Positions 9,265-17,200 of a stretch of 21,369 bases of DNA are shown here, piece by piece. Origin of the DNA: Gemmatimonadota bacterium. Lineage in GTDB: Bacteria > Gemmatimonadota > Gemmatimonadetes > Gemmatimonadales > GWC2-71-9. The first letter of the stretch is position 1. Each line of letters starts with the position of its first letter. The stretch spans positions 1-21,369 of the forward strand of contig JAZDCZ010000015.1 of NCBI GenBank assembly GCA_036679605.1, in the 5' to 3' direction. The notes below the pieces were generated by a model, which worked only from the letters and a program-made list of their open reading frames with translations, was not told the DNA's origin and did no database searches. The translations under genes and the position numbers were made by a program.

Positions 9265-9482
9265 CTTTTTCTTGCCCGGCGTTTCGGCGTTTATCGGGAC
9301 AGTCACCTGTTATTGGCATTTACAACATTCCGTCCGAGTCTTCGGGTAAACCTATGGGCAGCGGGCGCGAGCGGAGGCCGAAGCGCGATTCCACCCGCGC
9401 GGAATGCCTTGGACTTGGGTTCGCGTGTTCGCACGTCAATTGCCCTGCGCGGCAGTCGACGGCTCGTGCAGACCCGCGCAGG

Positions 9483-11165
9483 TCATTCACGCTCTGCCAG
9501 CGAGCATATCGCATGGCGCAGTCGTTGATGCCGGTCGAATTGGTGCACGTAATCGGATTCGCGCTGCCCGCCCTTGGCGCGCACGACTTTGACCAAAGCG
9601 CGTTTGTCATGGCCGCGCCAGCGCTTTACGCCTGGAAGAATCATGAGCAGCGGAGCCCAACGTTGCCAGGCCAGCCGCTCGCCGGCAGAGAAACCACCCA
9701 GCGAGCGCAAATCCAGCAGTTTCAAGGCCTCCGCCGAACACGTTCTCGTCGCCTTCGCGCGATCGAACCCGAAGCGTTCGGCTACGTAGCGCGTGATACA
9801 CAGTCCGAGATTTGCCAGTGGCAGCACTCCCAGTACGTCGTTGCGGCGTTTTCCGAGCGTCAGGAACACATCTGCGGCTGCGAGCTTTTTCAATGTGGAT
9901 TCGCTGGAGCGATGGCTGGGGTTGGTCTTCATTCGCTTCAACTCTCGCTGCATGATGCGCCGCGCACTGGTCTCGCGGGGCCGAAACCCCATCTTCTGAT
10001 AGAACCACCACGCGCCCGAGCGCACCGCGTCGTCGTTGTCTTGGCCAAGCTGGTAGGGTTCGATGAGGAACGTATCAGCCCCGAACAGGTGCTTGGTGAT
10101 CGCCAGTACTTGCGCGAATACCAAGGCTGCCTCGGCTGCACGAAATGTGTCGAAGATCGTAAACGCCACCTCCGCCGATCCAAAGAGCACCGTGTTCGTT
10201 CCGTATCCGACCGGTACCCCGTTCTTCAACGCAAGGAAACCGTAGAGGGTCTCCAGCAGCAAACGTCGCTCCGGCAGCACGCCGATATAGGCCAACTGCA
10301 AACCGTTCCCACATCCCACCAGGCGCACGTCGTTCGCCTCGCCATACGCGAAGGCGTCGAGATCGCGGCTGCGCGTTGCCATGGTGGCACGGGCCAGATT
10401 GACCAGCGTTTGTCCTTCCCGTCGAGAAAGCAGCCGGACCCGCGGCGGGTCCTGGTTCATCATGCTGGGCAGCGAGGGGCGGGCGCGTGACAGAGCCCGC
10501 GACTGGTGCACGACCCCGACGTCGGCGTATTTTTCGCGCGTTCGTGCCGGTGTGTCTGGACCCGGCCGGAGGTGCAACGGAATGTCGAGGTCCTCGAATA
10601 GCATCTCGTGCGCGAACGAGCTCATGGGCAGTTGCTCGAGCCGGCGTAGCAGGAAGACGGCGTCCGTTTCGGCCGGTCCTTTCATGCGCTCAATCCAATC
10701 GTGCAGCTCGAACGAGTACTCATCCAGGCCGGGTGTCTCACTGTAGAGCGCCAGCAGCGGTAAGATGCGCTCGAGCCTCTCGGAACGATCGAAGTCTTCC
10801 CAGTCTATGGTGACATACGCGCTCCACCGGCGCGCCAGCCAGTTTGCAGTCGCCGCGAAAAAGGCAAAGTGGAATGAGGTGCCCGCAATGCCGGTGCTTG
10901 CCAGGGCATCGGAATGTCGCCGCAGATCGCCACGCTTCTCAAAACGATGAAGCATGTGCTCGACCTCGGCGAGCACCTCCGCGCTGTCCGGATACGCGCG
11001 CAAGAAGCAGAGCACCTCGTGGAGCCTCAGGACGTCCTTCGCCCGAGACAGACGCCGCCGGCTGAGCAGGCGTAGCAGGTCCAGTTTGCGCCGCCCAGCG
11101 CCGTCGCCGTAATCTGCCTTTCGTCGTTCAAGCTCTTTGAGGGCGGATGCAACTTGAGTTGCCAT
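9483..11165 (-). CDS. Conserved hypothetical protein (~560 aa) with a possible GNAT-like C-terminal fold
   Basis: A long ORF with globular composition. The start is placed at ATG 11165 (GAGG 9 nt upstream); 11174 and 11246 are alternatives. Motifs FLALKNGVPVGYG and AWWFYQKMGFRP resemble GNAT elements. Confidence 0.8.
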   Translation of the reverse strand: MATQVASALKELERRKADYGDGAGRRKLDLLRLLSRRRLSRAKDVLRLHEVLCFLRAYPDSAEVLAEVEHMLHRFEKRGDLRRHSDALASTGIAGTSFHFAFFAATANWLARRWSAYVTIDWEDFDRSERLERILPLLALYSETPGLDEYSFELHDWIERMKGPAETDAVFLLRRLEQLPMSSFAHEMLFEDLDIPLHLRPGPDTPARTREKYADVGVVHQSRALSRARPSLPSMMNQDPPRVRLLSRREGQTLVNLARATMATRSRDLDAFAYGEANDVRLVGCGNGLQLAYIGVLPERRLLLETLYGFLALKNGVPVGYGTNTVLFGSAEVAFTIFDTFRAAEAALVFAQVLAITKHLFGADTFLIEPYQLGQDNDDAVRSGAWWFYQKMGFRPRETSARRIMQRELKRMKTNPSHRSSESTLKKLAAADVFLTLGKRRNDVLGVLPLANLGLCITRYVAERFGFDRAKATRTCSAEALKLLDLRSLGGFSAGERLAWQRWAPLLMILPGVKRWRGHDKRALVKVVRAKGGQRESDYVHQFDRHQRLRHAICSLAERE

Positions 11166-11348
11166 GAGACTCATCCTCTGGACCAGTTTCAAAACCTCTC
11201 CGTTGCCGTGGGACCGGTCGTTCCGTCCTCCCTGCCGGAGCAGCACCGACGGCGCGTCCGCGATGTCAGCCGCGATGGGGCCGCAAGGCGAAAATCAATC
11301 CGACACGATCCTTCTCTTCAACCGCCCCGTCAACTGACTGACATTCCC

Positions 11349-11471
11349 TGGATCGAGCAGGTCTTTGGTGCCGAAGCTGGCGATCGCACGAGCATCGATG
11401 CGGTCGGGCGTAAGGTTCAGCTCATCGGCGGCGTTGCCCGCGCGGCAACTCCAATATTCGCAGCGCAAAAC
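11349..11471 (-). pseudogene. Near-N-terminal fragment of a DUF3150-like gene
   Basis: It reads VLRCEYWSCRAGNAADELNLTPDRIDARAIASFGTKDLLDP, resembling the DUF3150 N-terminal 'L.I..WS......DL.L ... ASxGxK...DP' pattern. It overlaps the 3005-3487 fragment by ~20 codons. Confidence 0.7.
11350..11411. repeat. Copy 2 of the 62-bp imperfect direct repeat (partner at 3426-3487)
   Basis: 52/62 identical to 3426-3487; 8 of the 10 differences are at third codon positions of the minus-strand frame. Confidence 0.95.
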
Positions 11472-11769
11472 GGTAGTAAGACGGTGGTGTGGCCCAGCGG
11501 CTCGGAGGGCCCGCACGGCGGAGCACGCGATTGAATTCGGGGAAATCGGCCTTGGCATCGCGAGTCGGTTTGACGGTGACTGGTTGGTCACTGAGTTGTT
11601 CAGCCGTCAGTTGGTGGTACGGTGGTCCGCGCACTCGTCCCGGGGCCACATCGTCATCCGTGTCACGGCCACCGGGCGCCATCTCGAACCGATGACCCCG
11701 GCGGACGTGAAGTGCCCGCCTCGTTGCCATGAGCAGGAACGAGCGCGGCCCGGCCTGTGGGAGTTCTGA

Positions 11770-14103
11770 CTACTGCGGGCCGCTCGCGCTGAGCGCCGGC
11801 GCGAACGCCTCAATGTCCTCTGGTCCGATGATCCCGTCCCCGGCCATATTGGCCGGCTGACAGTCTCCCAGACCCAGCTGCCCGAAACACTGCTGGAATA
11901 TCTGGAAGTCGACAAGGTCCACGTCGCCGTCCGGCTCGGAGTCACCGTCACCATAGTTCACGCACTGATCATCCATTTCATAACACCACTGCGTGAGCAG
12001 GCACGGATCTGTCCCGACCTGGCAATCAAGAAACTCGTCGCAGAACTCCGCTCCGTCGCAGAAGTCGCCGTTGTCGCACAATCCGTTGCTGGGCGCGTTC
12101 ACGCAGACGTCGTTGAGCTCGTCGCACGAGTCGACGGTGCAGCCCACCGTGTCGGTGCAATCGGGCGCCGTGCCGGGTACGCAATCAAGGACGTCGTCGC
12201 AAATCTCCGCGCCATCGCACCAATCACCGTTGTCGCACAAGCCATTGCTGGGTGCGTTCACGCAGACGTCGTTGAGCTCGTCGCACGAGTCGACGGTGCA
12301 GCTCACCGTGTCGGTGCAGTCGGGCGCCGTACCGGCCACGCAATCGAGGACGTCGTCGCAGGTTTCCGCTCCATCGCAGAAGTCGCCGTTGTCGCACAAT
12401 CCGTTGCTGGGCGCGTTCACGCATACGTCGTTGGATTCGTCACAGGAGTCGTTCGTGCAGCCGACGCCGTCGTCGCAGTTGGGGGCCGTTCCTGCTTGGC
12501 AGACCTCATCGATGTCGCAGGTTTCGGCTCCGTCGCACCAGGCGCTGTTGTCGCAGTCGGCGTTGATGGTGCACTCAACGTTGTCTACATCTCCCCAGTT
12601 CTTCGGCCTTTTCGTCGGGCACGCGGGGCTTGTTCCCTCGTGGTAGGGGTCCCTCCAGGAATAGATCGAGGTGAGGCTCGGTTCGTTGGCGCTGTCGTTG
12701 TCACGGAAGTTGAGGTCCATGCCAAACACACCGTCGGCAGGAACATCCGGGTCAGCAACCGTCTTGTCAATCCTCACCTCCAGCGTCCAACCCGTGCCGT
12801 CCGTGGTCACTACCGACGTAACCCCACCTAGAATCTGCGCCGCGTACGGCGCGGTGGCGTGGTATACGTTCTGCTGGTTGGCGACGTCGATGACCAACTG
12901 GAAGTCGCTGGCTTCGCTGCCGCCGAGCGGGGATGAGCCGCCGTCATTCCCTGGGTCGAGATAGAACTCGATGCAGTCATTCGCCCAGTTGGCACCGACG
13001 CCGTTCGGGCTCTGCAGATCATCGTCTTCGAGGCGCGCCAGGAAATACTGGTAGCTCGCATCGTGCATGCTATACACCCTGACACTATGATCAGCGGCGC
13101 TCTCGGGCATGACAAAGCCTGGACAGAAGCCGCCACGGTAGACGGAACCGCTGTCATATCCAACGAAGGCTATGTCGCCGGAGCCGGACGTGCCGCCGTT
13201 GATGCGTGTCGTGAACGTAGCGAGGTTCCAGTCGCTCGCATCACCGTCGATCGTGATCGTGCCGGCTTCTTTGGCGTACAGTGTCAGGTTTGGAATGTCC
13301 GTACTGTCAAGTAGCGCATCACCCCAATTGTCCGGAATCTTGTTGGGGAAGCCCCCGGTGCTGTAGTCGCCGGCCCAATCGAGGATCGACCTGTCGGGGT
13401 TGAGCTCACCAACATCCTGGTCGCGGAAATTGAAATTCACGCCGAAGTCTCCACTCCCCGCGGGCAGGTCCGAATCAAGAGCCGTTTTCAGTATGCGGAC
13501 TTCGAACCACGTCCCGGCGTAACCCTCGTAGGGAATATCTACCGTGGCAGAGGTCACACCGGCGAGTATCTGATCCCGGTAGGTCGGCGTGGTCATGTAA
13601 ACTGCGACTACGTTAGCCCGGTCGATGACCAGTTGGCAATCACTTGTTTCGCTGCCGCTCAGGGGGCTCGAGCCCCCGTTGTTGTCCGGGTCTATATAGA
13701 ACTCGACACAGTCATTGGCCCAGTTCGACGGGTATGTCGTCTGCTTGTCGTCGTCGTCAAAGCGCACCAGGAAGTACAGGTAGGTGTCGTCGTGCCGGCT
13801 CCATACTCTGGCTCTGAAATCAGCCGTGCTGGTCGGGATTGGGTCGCCTGGATTAGACGCACCATAGTAAGCCATGCCGCCGCCCCCGTGGTCGTGGTAG
13901 CCCACGAGGACAATGTCCCCATTGGTATCGGCGCCTCCTTCGCTGTAGGTCGTGAAATCCCCCAGGTTCCATTCCGCGGGGTCACCGTCAATAGAAATAC
14001 CCGTGGCGCGCATCACGTTCACTTCTTCCGCAGCTGTCGCTGGGCAAGCGACGGCAAACGCCATGCACACAACCCATAGTCTCAGTGTTGTTTCGCGGTT
14101 CAT
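11770..14103 (-). CDS. Secreted modular protein (777 aa): two CBM9/DOMON-like sugar-binding domains, Cys-rich 53-aa repeats, EF-hand/dockerin-like tail
   Basis: RBS GGAGGT lies 6 nt before the ATG, and the signal peptide ends PATA|A. Each domain has I(S/T)IDGD..W, Y.YFL....DDD, NWANDC.EFY.DP, W..EVRI.K, FG...NFRD.D and NWGD. The tail is GDSEPDGDVDLVDF. Confidence 0.88.
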   Translation of the reverse strand: MNRETTLRLWVVCMAFAVACPATAAEEVNVMRATGISIDGDPAEWNLGDFTTYSEGGADTNGDIVLVGYHDHGGGGMAYYGASNPGDPIPTSTADFRARVWSRHDDTYLYFLVRFDDDDKQTTYPSNWANDCVEFYIDPDNNGGSSPLSGSETSDCQLVIDRANVVAVYMTTPTYRDQILAGVTSATVDIPYEGYAGTWFEVRILKTALDSDLPAGSGDFGVNFNFRDQDVGELNPDRSILDWAGDYSTGGFPNKIPDNWGDALLDSTDIPNLTLYAKEAGTITIDGDASDWNLATFTTRINGGTSGSGDIAFVGYDSGSVYRGGFCPGFVMPESAADHSVRVYSMHDASYQYFLARLEDDDLQSPNGVGANWANDCIEFYLDPGNDGGSSPLGGSEASDFQLVIDVANQQNVYHATAPYAAQILGGVTSVVTTDGTGWTLEVRIDKTVADPDVPADGVFGMDLNFRDNDSANEPSLTSIYSWRDPYHEGTSPACPTKRPKNWGDVDNVECTINADCDNSAWCDGAETCDIDEVCQAGTAPNCDDGVGCTNDSCDESNDVCVNAPSNGLCDNGDFCDGAETCDDVLDCVAGTAPDCTDTVSCTVDSCDELNDVCVNAPSNGLCDNGDWCDGAEICDDVLDCVPGTAPDCTDTVGCTVDSCDELNDVCVNAPSNGLCDNGDFCDGAEFCDEFLDCQVGTDPCLLTQWCYEMDDQCVNYGDGDSEPDGDVDLVDFQIFQQCFGQLGLGDCQPANMAGDGIIGPEDIEAFAPALSASGPQ
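12001..12555 (-). repeat. Intragenic tandem repeat: 3.5 x 159 bp (53-aa, 6-Cys unit CDNGxxCDGxExC...C...C.D.V.CT.DSC...C)
   Basis: An identical 48-bp stretch occurs at 12058 and 12376 (offset 318 = 2 x 159). The total of 555 bp equals 3 x 53 + 26 codons. The full unit contains 8 Cys arranged as two 4-Cys halves. Confidence 0.92.
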
Positions 14104-14276
14104 GTTGCTACCTCCCCTCGAGGAAAGAATGAGGTGCCATTCGGGATCCGTACGTGATGGTTACGCGAACCGATTCGCGATCACCGGTTTTGACTTCTCC
14201 ACATGTCCCTTACCTGTTCATCGTCGAGATCGCCCACGCGCGGCAACGCATGTGGTCTTGCCCTTACCTCCCGTCG

Positions 14277-17200
14277 CTAATACGGGCCATCCAAGACTGC
14301 GGCGAACTCCTCATAGTCGTCCAGATCAATGACGCCCTCGCCAGTCAGGTTGCTGGCCTGGCATTCGTTCAGGCCCAGCTCGCCGAAGCATGTCTGGAAG
14401 ACGCGGAAATCGGCCAAGTCGACATCGCCATCCGGTTCAGAGTCTCCAAGTCCGTATTCGATGCATGCGTCGGTACTCTCATGGCACCATTCGGTGGCCA
14501 GACACGGCTCCGGGCCCGCCTGACAGACGCCGAGCGCGTCGCAGGTTTCCTCGCCATTGCAGTAATCGCCATCAGTGCAGGAACCACCGATGTTGATCGG
14601 TGTCATGATGTCGCAGTTGCCGTTGGTTCCTACAGAATCACACGATGCTTCATTGCAGGTGTCGTTGAAGGCGGAGCAGTCGACCGGATCGTAAAGACAA
14701 CTGCCGTTGGAGCAGGTTTCGACCGTGCAGGGATCGCCGTCACTACAGTCATTACTCAACGTCGCCACTTGCAGATCGTCCCCATACTTGTTGCCCAAGC
14801 TCATGCTCCACAGGCCAATGGTGCCCTCGGTCGCTGCGAGACCGCTGGTGTCGATGCAGTCAGCCTGCCATCCGGCGGGCTCCTGCGTTCCATCGAGCCA
14901 GACGTTTGCACGGATACTGTTCTGCGGACCGCTGTTGTCGACCTCGATCTTGAACCGGTACCATTCATTTGCTGTTGGCACCACACCGGTGTCTGTCGTG
15001 CCAACGAGGGTCGGCTGATCATCGGGGTGCCGGTCAAGGTGAAAGGCAACGCCGCCGGGGAAGTTGCCTCTCCGCAGGCGATAGTATTCATCGGCGTTCG
15101 GATAACTCGACAGGAACGTCACCCCGATTCCACCGGCTGAGTTCGTCATCATCATTTTTCCGGTGACCCGATAGGACGACCAAGTATCACCGCCGGGACC
15201 ACCATAGTGTGAGTGAATGTTCGTGCTGGTAGAAGTCGTACCGAAGACCAGTTCGCCGCCGACGTCGAAGACCTTGAACAGAGCATCGTTCTCTGCCAAG
15301 CTGTTGTTCGCTCCCGTGTCGATCCAGTCGAGCGGATCATCAGCCGGGGCGTTCGAATTGAAGTCCTCGGCGTACAGAACCGCGTTGCAGCCGGCAAAAC
15401 ATTCGTCGAGATCCTCGTCGCAATAGGGGACCTGTGGATCGGTGCATGGGTACGTGCCCGGTTGACAATCCAGCACTGCGTCACAGGTCTCTGCACCATC
15501 ACAGAACAGCCCGTTGCTGCAAAGCGTGTCTTCAGGCACGTTCATACAGACGTCGTTGACCTCGTCGCACGAGTCAACTGTACAACTTACCGTGTCAGTG
15601 CAATCCGGCGCCGTTCCGGCCTGGCAGTCAAGCACGTCATCGCACGTTTCTACGCCATCGCACCAGCTGCCGTTGTCACACAGGCCGTTGCTGGCGATGT
15701 TGACGCATTGGTCGCCCAGTTCGTCACAGAAGTCCACCGTACAACCTACTCCGTCGCCACAGTCGGGCGGCGTGCCCGTCTGGCAGATGCCGTTCGTGTC
15801 GCACGTTTCAGCTCCGTCGCACCAGTCCCCGTTGTCGCAATCGCCATCATCAACACATGCGTCCGCGGGCGCCGCGACAGCATCGCCCCAGTTGTCAGGA
15901 ATCTTGTTGGGGAACCCGCCAACTTGCGTGTTGTCGTTGGTCCATGTGTACATCGTGGACACGGGATCAGCCAAGTCGCCGTCGTTGTCGCGAAAGGCGA
16001 AGTTGAGGCCGTACGTTCCCAGCAGCGGAACCATGTCAGGGTCCAACGCGGTCTTGAGGATACGAACCTCGAGGGTCCAACCGCTTGTGTTACTGTTGAT
16101 CGCCGAGGTAACTCCGCCGAGTACCTGCGCGGCATAGCCGGGGGTACACATGTACACGTTCGGCTGATTGGCCGCATCGATGACCAACTGGATGTCCGAA
16201 ACGGAGTTACTCAAGGAACTGCCGCCGCCGTCGTGGCTCGGATCAATATAAAACTCTACGCAGTCGTTCTGCCAATTGGTCTCCGTGGGGGATGGTGTGC
16301 GGATATCGTCGTCCGTGAGTATGACCAGGAAGTACTGGTATGTCGCATCATCGCGCGCGTAGACGCGTGCGGTGTGGTCGGCCTCATTGTTCGGCAGGCC
16401 GGCCCCCGTCCAGTAACTACCGTAGTACAAGTCACCTCCATCCCATCCGACCAGGGCGATGTCGCCCCGTACGGTATCTTCCCCTCCACGAACCGTGGTC
16501 GTAAACGCCGACAGGTTCCAGTCACTGGTAGCGCCGTCGACGATGATCGTACCGGCCGGTTTGACGTTCAGGGTCTCCACCGCGACCGTCTCAGCCGTCA
16601 CTTCAACCTGCCAGGCTTCGGTGTCGGCGCCAAAACCGTTGCTGGCCGCAATCTCAACAGCAAACGTCTGTCCGACGTCGCCACTTTCCGGCGTCCATCC
16701 ACTCACGTAGCCGTCCTGGTCGACAGACAAGTTCGCAGGGCCCTGGACCTTGTACCAGACGATGGGAAGCGTGCCTTGGGCGAGCGTGAGCTGCTCGGTG
16801 TACTCTACCCCCTGTGCGATCGGATCCGGATCCGGCGACACTTCATCGACGATCGGCGGCTCGTTCACCGGGGCCGATTCCAGCATGCATGTGCCCCAGT
16901 TGTCGGGAATCTTGCTGGGGAAACCAGCCGGTTCAGTGTCGTCAGCCCAGGTGTAGACAGTCGTGAGGCCTACGTCGTTGTCATTATCGTTATCGCGGAG
17001 GTTGAAATCCAGACCATAGTCACCTGAGGAGGATGGTATGTCCGGATCCAAGACGTTCTTCGCAATGCGTACCTCGACACCCCATCCGCCCGTTACCGAA
17101 ACCAGCGCCGAAGTTACACCGCCGAGCACGGTGGCGGCATAGCCACTGTCACACTGGTACACGTTTTTCTGGTTGGCGGCGTCGATCACCAGTTGGATGT

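Noticed and set aside
9255..10490. 411-aa plus-strand ORF
   Set aside because: It is an antisense shadow of the 9483-11165 gene, starts inside the MITE end and has no recognisable motifs.
12001..12555. Possible CRISPR array or diversity-generating retroelement repeat
   Set aside because: The repeats are in-frame coding units without unique spacers. The differences are not adenine-specific, and no cas or reverse transcriptase gene is in the window.
14199..14269. Direct repeat cccttacct (14207, 14261) and inverted ccacatg/catgtgg
   Set aside because: Too short to distinguish from chance, with no known motif.
14154..17027. 328-aa and 604-aa plus-strand ORFs (also 4623-5960 and 6980-7792 on the minus strand)
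   Set aside because: These are antisense shadows of GC-rich real genes with V/R/A-biased, motif-free sequence.
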